DNA of 45,332 bases, filler included, from Jimgerdemannia flammicorona (taxonomy: Eukaryota), in assembly GCA_003990765.1 (NCBI GenBank). It is 2 parts of 2 records of this genome, joined end to end, with 100 filler letters (N's around TTAATTAATTAA, not from the genome) between each part and the next. Parts side by side here need not be neighbours in the genome. Positions count along the whole stretch, not along the records: positions 22,720 to 45,332 come from RBNJ01001241.1; 1 more part is not named here. One strand, written 5' to 3'. Below, one piece after another: positions 23,558-35,000 of this stretch (position 1 is the stretch's first letter; each line of letters begins with the position of its first letter). The notes under the pieces were generated by a model that saw only the letters and a list, made by a program, of their open reading frames with translations, was not told the DNA's origin and ran no database searches. A program made the position numbers and the translations under genes.

Positions 23558-24095
23558 GATTCAATTCTGCAGGGTTGAATGCCTACTCAAATATCTTTAG
23601 ATAATGAGATATTTTATAAGATTTCTACTAGATGAGTGTTATATTTCCTGTATTTATACTATAGTAGTATGTATGATAGATTATATGATATATTACTATA
23701 GTCTGTAGTAAAGATATCTTGATATTTAAAAAGGAGTTCTACTAGTTACTGCTATTGCTGAGATATCAACTCCTCTCCAATATTAGTAGAAGGCTTCACT
23801 TTCTTCTAAGTCATAGAGGAGTCTTTTCTTTCTTCTGAGATCTTTTGCTATTTCTCAATAGGTTAAACTCATAAACCTCTCTATGTATCTAATTGAAATA
23901 GAGCACAAAATGGCCTATGATAATTCTTTTTAATAGAATGAGACTTTCTTCACTTTGGTTAATTACTCAAAAATACACAGAGTTCATTTTGTCAAAAAAT
24001 ATATATACTTCAATGTTCAAGTTCTTGATATCTTCATTAGGTTTAAAGAAGAGATTTTAGAAATTAGGATATATTAAGATTTTGAAGATTGTTTG

Positions 24096-24239
24096 TATTG
24101 TATAATAGCAGTACTTCTTTGGGATACAGGGGAAAGAGTGGCTGTTTATTGGATAATATTGTGATGTGAATTTATGTATACTGATTGATAATGTCTCTTA
24201 TGATGATATCTACACATATTGAGTTGTCATATCTCAACA
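24096..24239 (-). repeat. Copia 3' LTR
   Basis: Repeat of 29054-29197; adjacent PPT-like TTGAGCAAGAG on the minus strand. Confidence 0.93.
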
Positions 24240-24491
24240 CTCTTGCTCAAGAAGATATATACAAAAAAAGAATACAAACTAAACAAAAAGAGTAGTGCAA
24301 TATATACAAAAAGACTAAAACTGCATATAACCCAGATTACAACTAGAAATCCTACAACTAAGAAATTTTCATAGGTTGAAAAGTGTTTCGAAATACCTAT
24401 AATGCCCACAGAAATGCATTATAACTCAATGTATGTAATCCACTTGTAGATGAGAAATGTAACCAATATATTTCAATGTAGTATAGGGCTT

Positions 24492-27400
24492 TTAACAGCC
24501 TAAAAAGTCTTGTGACCTGCTTGTAAGACCCATTCCTTTAGTGTATAGCTCAAATTTCGGCTTTGGAAGGGCTTTCATAAGTGAATCGGCAATCATATAC
24601 TCTGTGGGAATATATTCCAAGTATATACTCCTACATGCTATGCATTCTCTAATGAAATGATAGAGTATATCAATATGTTTCATTCTGCTATAGTGTACTG
24701 GATTCTTGGCAAGTGCTATTGTCAATTGATTGTCTTGTCTGATCAGTATAGAGTTTTATTCCTGAGTAAAGCCAAGTTCTTTTAACAGTTCATGGAGCCA
24801 TACTGCCTCCTTTGTCACCAAAGACAATATCTGGTACTCTACCTATGTTAATGATGTCACCATAGAACTCTGCTTATATGTTTGCTATGAAACAATAGAC
24901 TCTTTATCTTTGTTTATGCTGCTGATATGGAAATGATACCTGGTTATAGACCAGTGATCATCTAAGTCTCTGGCCCAATCAGTGTCATATATGCCAGATA
25001 GCTAGATACTATTACCATTGCTGTTTCTCTTACTATTGCTCCTGCTCAATCCAATGTCACCACCCAATGTGAGTGTATAGTATACTGATCCCTTTAAATA
25101 CCTGAAAATTCTTTTAATTGTCATCTAATGCAAGTTATCATAGTATGAGCAATACTGCACTATCTTATTGACAGCATAGGATAGGTTGGGCCTCATTCCA
25201 ATCATTAGATATATGAGGGAACCAATGGCTTGATGATAGGGAATGTTGTCAGCAGGTTCAAGCATAATGTCAGGCTTCCTTAACTTCATGGAAGTCTCCA
25301 TCAGGGTGCCAATGGGCTTGCATTCACTCATATTGAATCTTTCAAGAATGGCTTTGGTATATGTTTCTTGTGAGAGGTGTATGGCATGTATACTTCTATC
25401 ATGTGTAATTGATATTCCCAAAAGGAAGGACATGTCACCCATATTGGTCATTTTGAATTCTCGGCATAGATTTTTCTTTACTCTATTGAGTCTATTCTTG
25501 CTAGCAACAATGATGATATCATCCACCCATATGCCAATAAATACTATACCATCATTATAATACTGGACATATACTCAATTATCTGCTTTATAATATGTGA
25601 ATCTATCATCAAGGAGATTTTTATTAATCCTTTTGTTCCACAATCATATTGCTTACTTGATGCTATATAGTCCCTTATGTAATTTGCATACAAGTTTGCC
25701 ATCTTCATATCCTTATAGTTGACAGACATATAGTTCAGTATCTACATCACTATTCAGGAATGCTGTCTTCATATCTATTTGATGGACTTTTAGATTATAT
25801 AGCATGCCAATCGCAAGGAGTATTCTAAGCAAAGTGAGCTTAAATATGGGCAAAAAGGTCCTATCATAGTCTACACCATAATCCTGTGAATAACTCTTGG
25901 CTATGAAATGAGTTTTATACCACTCTACATTTCCTTCAGCATTGCACTTTATCCTATACACCCATTTGGATCTGATTGCTTTATGTTTTAATAGAAGAGG
26001 TACTAAGTCTCAGGTACTATTTTCGATGAGCAAATCATATTCCTCATCCATTGCATATCCCTATTTTTTGCTGCCAGGGTATTGCATAGTCTTGTTATAT
26101 ATATATAGCTCACTAGATGTGGCCATATACACACATTTGTATGTATCAGCATAACTCACATGATCCTTACATTGCTGTCTGGGGCTTACTAGTATATCCC
26201 AATAACTCCCTAAGTTGGAACACATTTCATTCTTGGGCTTATGCTTTGGCTTGCCTTTTCCTTTGATTTTCTCATCACCAGAGGATTTATCGTCATCATT
26301 AATCTTGGTAATTTTTAGTTCTTTGAACATTAGCTTGTCCTTATATAGTAGTTGATAATAATTTTGATTCACTGCTAGAGCCTTTGTTGGCATTGGTTGT
26401 TACACTGGCTGGAATATAGAGATCTCAACCTGTACTTCCATGTGTTCCAAATCTCCCTTTTCTCAGAATTATATATTATGTGAAATTACCATATGTCCCA
26501 TATATAGATTCCAGAGCCTATATGATGTCCTGCTATACTCTAGAAGGATATGCTTACTTGCCTTTGGCTCGAATTTATGCCAATTAATATTGCTTTTGTT
26601 AAGGACATATATATTGCAACTGAAAATCCATAGATAGGATACATCTGGCTTCATTCTGCTCTATAACTTCTCAGGGTTACAATCAGCATCACTGAAATGC
26701 TCATTGCCAGAATTCTTGCTTAGTGATCAAGATATGCACCAGTTACAAATATATGTCACTGTATTCATGGCTTCTCCTCAATAGGAATATCCTAATCTAG
26801 CTGTATTAATTATTATATATGCCATTTCTATGATCATATAGTTAAATTGCTTGGTCATACTATTTTGCTGCAGCATATAGGGAGCCATTGTCTGATGGCA
26901 TATACTGTGTTTCATCAGGAATTGCCTAAATTGCCCATTCATATACTCCCGACTATTGTCTGAGTATATAGCATGTATTCTTCATCCTGTTTCATTCTCG
27001 GCAATTACTTTGAATTCTTTGAATTTCTCCAAGACTTTGCTTTTTGCCAATAGCAGATATATATATGTCTTGCATATATTATTGTCAATGAATATGAGAA
27101 AATACCTCTTGCTGGAATGTGACAGGGTTTGCATTGGGCTGCAGATGTCAGTGTGGATTAAATTAAGGATCTCTGAGGCACATTTTCATCATTCTTTGAA
27201 TGGACACTGGGATGCCTTATTTGTCATGCAATCCTTATAGAAGTTGTTATCTTGATGTATGTGTACTGGTAGTTCATTCACCAAACCATTCTTAATCATC
27301 CTTTCAAGGCTTGATTTACCAATATGCTCCAAATATTTACGTTATATATTGTACATGTCAGGCATAATTGTGGTCATATATGCGAAGGTCTTTACTCCAC

Positions 27401-28887
27401 TTAGTGTACTATCAATCATATACAGATTACTTCACTTTGAGGCTGTCATCAATGTCTTGTTGTATTTGCTACCATATAGGTCATATATTGTTGTACCATT
27501 TGAATGTATGTACATTTTCTTATTGCCTTGACCCATCATCTTGCCTATGGAGAAGAGGTTCTTTTCTATCTCCAGAGCATATAGTATATCCCCAAGAGTG
27601 GCTACAGGCTCAATGACATTTCCATGGAGATATATCTCTATGTTTCCTTTGTCTTGAGTATAGATTATGTTATTGTTCCCCAGTTTGGTAGGTACTAGGC
27701 ATTCAAACAATTTGTATATAGAGAACCACTCTTAGTAGGCTATCATATACTACATGGCTTCTGTATCCATAAGTCAGACATTGTTGTTGTTGGCTGTATT
27801 AGCCTATTCACTAGAATTACTACCATTGTCACCACTTTTCATCAGTCTAAAAGTATTTTGCCAATCAGTTATAGATGATGGATTAGTGGATCCTTTCTTG
27901 GATCTCATACTGGTGGTGGATTTGGTGAAACTGGCATTATCATCTTGTGTAAAAAATAGATCACTACTTTTATCAGTTTCAGTAGTATTTGCATTACCAC
28001 ATTTCCCTTTGCTGTGGTAGTTTCTCTTTTCTTTTCCACGCTTATTTTCACCACTTTCCTTATGATAGCAATTATGCTGCATATGGCCATACTTGTCACA
28101 GTTGTAATAATACTCATCAATCTTGTCTGATTGACTGCTATCCTGTTGATTTTGGGTTTGGGTTTCTCTCTTTTGGCTGTGCTTTTGCTGTTGACCACAT
28201 TTGCTACCAGTGCTGCATCTGTGAGATCCATAGAATGCCCTTTCATCATCATCTTTGGTAGGACCATTTCCTTGGTGCATTTCCTCATTAATGAGACTTA
28301 TGATCACATGAGTGTAGTTCATGAGGCTCCTGCTTTCATACATAGTAGTGACAACAACATTGTACATCTTGGGAAGGCCTCTTGTAAGTACCAGGACCTT
28401 ATCTTCATCACATATGCAATCTATTGATGTGCTGACAGAATTCACCTCATTCACCAGATCATCAACATGATTGCTGTAGTTGCAGATGCACTCCTTTGGC
28501 TTCATTCTTACATATGTTGAATAGCTGTGATTTCAGATGGAACCTATTTGATGTGGATGCTTGCAAGTAATGGGTATATAGAGTCTCCCATACATCATAC
28601 ATCATTATAGCATATATTACAAGCTTCATTTGCAAGTTCAATAGCATAAAAGCAATCTCTCTTAGTACTTGGCAATCACTGTTGGCATTGTAATTTGAAA
28701 TTTGTGATTGTGGCTTCATATAGGCTGCTAAGCCATACTTGTCAAGGAGATTCTTCATATGAAATACTCAAATAGCATAATCTTTTCCATCAAAGATCGG
28801 AATGGACCTCTTGCTTGTGTTTATACTTACAACAGAGACTGCTGCTGTTCCCATATCTGTTGTAGTTACACCCACAATTACACCCAT
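24492..28887 (-). pseudogene. Copia gag-pol polyprotein remnant
   Basis: IPIFDGKDY, LTRGLP, decayed zinc knuckle YYNCDKYGHMQHNC, KNLFSIG, QDYGVDY..HQIDMKTAFLN, WVDDII, YHQAIGSLIYL..RPNL, RMKHIDILYHFIRE, ADSLMKAL. Confidence 0.93.
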
Positions 28888-29038
28888 AATGGTTGCCAGA
28901 ATACTCGTGATTGACTGATCTAAGCTTCTTTGTTCTTCTTAATCAATGTGATCCATTATAGTGTTGTGTATATAGCATAGCATATGTTAAAGAGGTGTTT
29001 TTTTTTTTTTACTATGGTTATTGCTGCTTTGTACTAGT

Positions 29039-29051
29039 GGGGCTTATAACC
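29039..29051 (-). promoter_or_regulatory. Copia PBS, half-tRNA-iMet type
   Basis: GGTTATAAGCCCC 2 nt after the 5' LTR; resembles the GGTTATG(G/A)GCCC PBS of copia-type elements primed by an initiator-tRNA fragment. Confidence 0.75.
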
Positions 29052-29053
29052 TT

Positions 29054-29197
29054 TGTTATATAATAGCAGTACTTCTTAGGGATACAGGGGGAAGAGTGGC
29101 TGTTTATTGGATAATATTGTAATATGAATTTACATATACTGATTGATAATATCTCCTATGATGATATCTACACATATTGAGTTATCATATCTCAACA
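29054..29197 (-). repeat. Copia 5' LTR
   Basis: TG...CA termini; repeat of 24096-24239. Confidence 0.93.
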
Positions 29198-30037
29198 GTT
29201 TGCTCTCCTGGTTCTAGGATGAGATTATTATGTAGTTTAACTGATTGATAATATACTTGCTAAGGGGCATTTTTCTTAAAGTAGTTGACCTGAAGGAGAT
29301 ATACTTCTTTCTGATCTGAGCTTTTGAATCCCTTGGTTTGTCTTATTTCTTTAGTTAGTTTGGAGACTTCTCATAGCTGGGGAGTCCTGATCTCTATGAA
29401 GATTACTGATATAATCTTCTATTCTCTATATATTTAGTACTATTTTATACTGCTATTGTTCAGGATGATCTTGATTTTGTCTATATATCTAGGGTCTATT
29501 ATTCCTCCTTATATAGTTATTTCTTCTCTGGTGAGTTCAGATATTGAAGCTAGTAAAATATAAGTTCCTTTAAGTAACTATATGACCAATCCTATATGAA
29601 GTACTATTGTTCTTCTAGGCTTAATAGATTTATCATCCAGGCTGTAGAGATCATATCCTATATCTTTCTGATGAGCTTTGGTTGAGAGTTTGGCCTGGAG
29701 ATGTAATAGAATATACTGAGTAAGATCTTTGCTAAGTTTGAATTATTTTTGGGCTAAGACTTCAGTAGCAATAAGTCTCTAGACTCTGTGGTTGAGGTCT
29801 GGCCATTTGGCTCCAGTGGAGAGGTCTTAGAGATAGTTGATTCCTCTACTTCCCATTGGGTCTAGGGCTTTCATAAAGTTGGTAGCATCCTCTACCCATC
29901 CTTGACAGATTGTATATCTAATGAGAGCTAGGATATCTTCTCTCAGATTATAGATCTTGAAAACTTCTTCTTTGGTTTCTTAATCTGATTCCTTTGTCTT
30001 CAGATCTGAGTTCTATTTTCTTCTCTCTTTAGGGTAT

Positions 30038-31442
30038 TGTAACAAACCAAAATGTACCACCTGAATTATAACTTAGCCAGATGATGTGAACAATTAGCAT
30101 ACTTACTCAGCATAATGTGACTTCCAGTATATCATAGTTACCTATGTCTGCCACACTTATAATTAGCCAAGACACTAGATCAGGATTGTTTATCTGTATC
30201 CTGAGGACACACTCATGTCCTGCAGACACACTTATGTCCTGTGGACATACTCATGTCCTGCAGACACACTCATGTCCTGCGGATACATCTGTACCCAGAG
30301 AATACACCCAAACATTACCAGAAGTGGTAAATCTATAGTTAGCCATATAGCAACCAGATAGCAACCAACTTGTATAAATTACCCCAGAGATAAGAGTGAA
30401 TAAACCTCAGTCCAAATTGAAGTGCAACCCAAAGAAGCCTCTAAATATTGAGCAATTGGTCCCCTTATTCCCACTCCAGTCCACTTTCTAATACAAAGAT
30501 TGATTAGTACACTTGCCAGATAAGCCTGAAGAATTCGAGTTTTCCACCTAAGTTCAAGAAAGAACTTCACCACCTTTTGAAGAGAAATCTGCTGCTTAAG
30601 GAATAAGTTGCCATTTCCAAGTTATTTGCTGCCATTCTTGCTACAAGCCAGTCTTTCTGACACAACTTTGCAGTGGAGCCAGTCTATGATGTAATCTCAT
30701 GCAAACAAAGCCAGTCATTGATATAACTTACCAAGAATCCTAGTTAATTCCCAGTTGAAGCTGCCATTTTCAAGAAGTCCACTGATTTAGGAGAATCTAT
30801 ATTATTCGCCATTTTCAAGTTATCTGCATTCCCAGAAGAGCCTGATTTGGAATAACTCACACTATTTAAGTAGTATTCTCAGTTGAAGCTGAATCTGTGA
30901 CATCCAAGTTATTCATCATTCCCAGTGAGCCTGAGAAGAATCTGCTATCAGTATAATTCCCAGTGAGCCAAATCAAGTTATCTGCCAAATTATCAGAATG
31001 TTCTGCATAAGGAACCTGCCATACTACACAGAAATCGCCTGCCACCTGAGAAGGAGAACTGCTAAATTGTCAGACTATCATGCATAAGATCATCGCACTA
31101 CACAGAAATCGCCCACCACCCAAGAAGGAGAACTGCTAAATTGCCAGACCATCACATACAAGATTGTCATACTATATAAATTCTGCCATTCCCAGTTGAC
31201 CCAAGAAGAAAAACCATTCACACACACAAATTGCCACTACACTCAAAGAACTGTCTTAATTAGGAAATCAACATACAAATCACTCACAGATATCCAGCTT
31301 TGACTATTATACCACTAAACACCAAAGACCTCAGGAATCTTAGAACATTTTGTTACTTTTTGACAAAGTAACTGGGGGCTCAAGCCAAACTACATCAATC
31401 TCCAACCTTGTAATTTTCCTCTATTAAACTGGGCACATTAAA
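30038..31442 (+). repeat. 5' LTR of element C
   Basis: Starts TGTAAC; repeat of 38966-40349; TATAAAT at 30373, AATAAA at 30399; internal 19-bp and 74-bp tandem repeats. Confidence 0.93.
30202..30295 (+). repeat. 19-bp tandem repeat in the family C LTR
   Basis: Unit TG(C/T)(A/G)GACACACTCATGTCC; 4 full units plus a partial here, 3 plus a partial at 39130-39204, 4 plus a partial at ~43140-43234. Confidence 0.9.
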
Positions 31443-31444
31443 TT

Positions 31445-31462
31445 TGGGGGCTCAACTGGGAA
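31445..31462 (+). promoter_or_regulatory. PBS of element C, tRNA-Pro-like
   Basis: TGGGGGCTCAACTGGGAA resembles the tRNA-Pro PBS TGGGGGCTCGTCCGGGAT after CpG decay; same motif at 44329-44346. Confidence 0.8.
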
Positions 31463-32000
31463 GATTTCAAAATAAACATAACTTTTCAGCTCACAAGAAC
31501 CCATAGTCAAACTGGATACATTTGATATAACACCAATTTCTGCCACTACAGAAGAACTAGTTATCACCAGTATTTGGACAGGAAGAGAAGTAATCACATC
31601 AAGACTTGCTGACTACCCAGTATCAGAAGGATTCCAGCCAGAAGCAGGAGACAGTATAGGTCAAAATCTCCAACCAGATCAACCAGACAATATAGATGGC
31701 CTTGCTGGAGATTTTGAAGAACTTGCATAAGAACTAGAAGATCTTATTACACAAGCCCAAGATCTTACAGCCAGACACCCCATATTTATCCCACCAATCT
31801 CCCAAATAGAACCTTTACCACAATCCCTTGCAGAATCTGAAGTAGCTCCTACAAGAATACCTAGGCCCATTCTATTTCATCCAAGGTCCAGAACACCATC
31901 CTCAGAATACCCAAGCACTCCCATTTCCAGTGACAGCTCAGAAAGTAAATCAGAATCAGAATCCAGACCAGAACCAGAATCAGAAGAAAGTAATGATGAA

Positions 32001-35000
32001 ATGGCCACCTCATTGCCAACCTTTGCAGGATATCCACAGGAAGACTCCAGAGAATTCCTTGATGGAATTGAAGAAATCACAGCCCTAAGGAACCTCTCAG
32101 ATGAAAGAAAAATCGCTATCTATAAGGCTTAGCTCAGAGAACCAGCTAGAGGAATTTTCCATCAAACAGCAGGCAACCAAGATTCAGAACTGGTGAGAGA
32201 GATACAAGCAATAATGTCTGATGAGCTAGAATATACAGCCATAGTCCACTGGCTCATTGAAAAGTATGCCAAAAATGAAATCCACCACAAGACTCAAGAA
32301 TCCATCATGGGGATGAAGATGAATCTTGAAGAATCACCCAGAGCCTTCTTCATAAGAATCCAGAAGAGAATGTATACTGCTGGGTTCAATGCTACCAACT
32401 AGGACATTATAGGTCCAATGACCTTCTTGAATGGAATTCCTCCAAACATTGCCCAGCATATCTGTACTCTAGACATCAGAAGGTCTGAAGAGTAAGTAGA
32501 TGTAGCCCAAGGATTCTTTGATATCAGACAAGGAACCACTTAGAGTGATCATGATAGAAAAGAAGATAAAGAAGACATCTTGGTCAAAGCTCTACAGGGA
32601 CTCCTTCAAGGACAAGAAAGATCTGAAGAAAGAAGGCCAGCCAAGAAAGGAAAGAAGGACAGAAATGAATTCCAAGATCTTAGTTCCAAGTTGGACTGAT
32701 TGGTTGGACAGATTGAAAAACTCACTACATGCGAAAATTGGGGCTACCAAGACAACAGAGGGTACCCACTATAGAGGAGCCAAGGTTATCCACCAAAAGA
32801 TAACAGGAATTACCAGCAAGAAGAAAGAAGGTACCCTGCCTGAGACAGAGCCCAAGTCCAATGCTTTCACTATAGACAATTCAGACACTATGCCACTGAA
32901 TGTGATAATAAAAGAAGTGACTGAAGAGACTCAGAACCACCAAACCAAAGGAATGACACTCAGTACAAAAAGACTGAAGCCCATCCTGTTGAAGATTTCG
33001 AGGAAGTAAGTAACAGTGAAGACTACAGTGACCTAGACTTGTACCCTATCAAGGTTACCACCTAAAAGACAGTCTACCCAGCAGAAAAGAGGAAGAGACC
33101 TATAGGAAGGCCATCCAGGAACATCAGCAGAAGAATCATCCAAGAAGAAGATGAAGAACATAAGGAGGAATAAGTAGAAACACCTCCCTGAACCCCCTCA
33201 CCTTTTGTTCCTAAGATAAATAAGTTACTACCAGAAAATGAAGAAATGAAACAAGAAGAATGAGAACCTACTGCTCCAAAGCCTAAGAAGAAGTATACTC
33301 TGAAGACCATGCCTAGAGACATTTACAACAAAGCCTGGCAGAAGATTCAAGAAGCCAAGATAGAAGTCTCTCTCCTACAGTTCTTGCAACTGACACCAGC
33401 TGGAGTCCAAAACAAATTGCTGAGAACCACCAGGTCTAGCACTGGCTGAGTTCCAATCCCACAGCAAGAACTAGCTCCCATCCCTGTCCAAGCAGCCGAA
33501 AGACATATTAGCACCTACTTACATGGAGATATTGGAGGACAAAAGGTGAAGATCCTCATAGATACAGGAGCAGCTGTCTGTATTATTGCCAAATGGTTCC
33601 TGGACACCCTTCAATAGCCCATTGATGGACCATCTAATCTCAGCATCATAGTAGCAGATGGAGCCTGAACTCAACCCCTTGGAGAAGTATGAAATATCAC
33701 CATCTCTCTTAGACACATTCAGTTCTCCATCTCCAAAGCTGTTGTCATCGAAGCTGTCACCTATTATATGATTCTTGGTACCAACTGGATGAAGGAAATG
33801 AATGCAGTTGTTGATATTGGCCAATAAGTACTCAAGTTTAATTACCAAGGCAAGAAGTATAGAGTTAAGGTGATTAGCTATAAGCAATCAAAGAAGAAGA
33901 AGAAGGTCACTATTCAGGATGAATATGCCAGCAGTAAAGAATCTACCACAGAAGAAGAGGAAGAATCTGAAGATAGAAATGATCCCAGACTCAATCCCTG
34001 AATTAACCTGGTGGATGACAGACCAGAAGACAATGTGTGGGCTAAGAACACCATCCCCATCACTATTGGAACCATTGCAGGAGAAGCCAAAGGATGCCCT
34101 ACCTGCCTCAAGAGATACAAGTGTCCTGAGCACTCCTCCAAGATCATGGGAATAAGGAAATCACCTGGTACAGCCTGCCCAGAGTGTAGAAGGAAGAAGA
34201 AGAAATGCAGACATATTCCAGAAACACCTGCAACTGAAGCTGCAGAAGTACAAGCAATTTGGGGTCAAGAATCATCTGAGGAAGAAGAAACTTCTGATCA
34301 AGAAGTCCCCAAACAAGAAGCACCTGAAGAAGAAGAAGTCCCTGAACTCATTCCCTGGGATGATCCTCACTGGATATCACCTGAAGACAATGATCCTTGG
34401 AATACAGAAGAAGGACCCAGTACAATCATCTTCATCTCTAAGAAAGAAACTCACTAAGAAAAAGCTTTCTGGCTAGGAAGATGTCCAAACCAAATAATCT
34501 TCCACTCTCCCTGAGATTACTGCTCTCAGTATCATCTGTTAGACCAACAAGAAAGACAGAGACCCCAGAAACCAGAACCCCCAACTACACTTACACAGTC
34601 AACTATCTTTCAAGAAGTTACCACAAGGTTATAAAGTCAATTTAGAGGATAAGGCTTCTTCACCCAGATAGAAATATATCCTTTGTCTACTCTTCCACCC
34701 ACCTATGACCAAGATGGGTACCATTTCCTAAGACAATAAGAAATCAATAACTGGGAACATCATTTCCAAGCAATGGATACTGCAACCATGGTAGACACCT
34801 GGACTGCAAAGAATGCAGACATCAGAAGATCTATCTCAGTCATGATGTTGCAGTCCATACCTTGAAGAGAGGAGACAACTGAAGCCAGATCTAAAAAAGC
34901 CAGACCAAGAAGTCAGGAAGAAGAATCCTCAAGATCTATGATTTGAGAGAAGACATCCTAGCTCTCATTAGACATACAACCTGCCAAGGATGGGCAGAAG

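Larger units (their letters stand above)
24096..29197 (-). mobile_element. Complete Ty1/Copia LTR retrotransposon (inactivated)
   Basis: 144-bp LTRs; 5-bp TSD GTTTG (24091-24095 and 29198-29202); order gag-PR-IN-RT-RH. Confidence 0.95.

Noticed and set aside
30202..30295. Palindromic 19-bp repeats as a CRISPR array
   Set aside because: No unique spacers, located inside LTRs, eukaryotic context, no cas genes.
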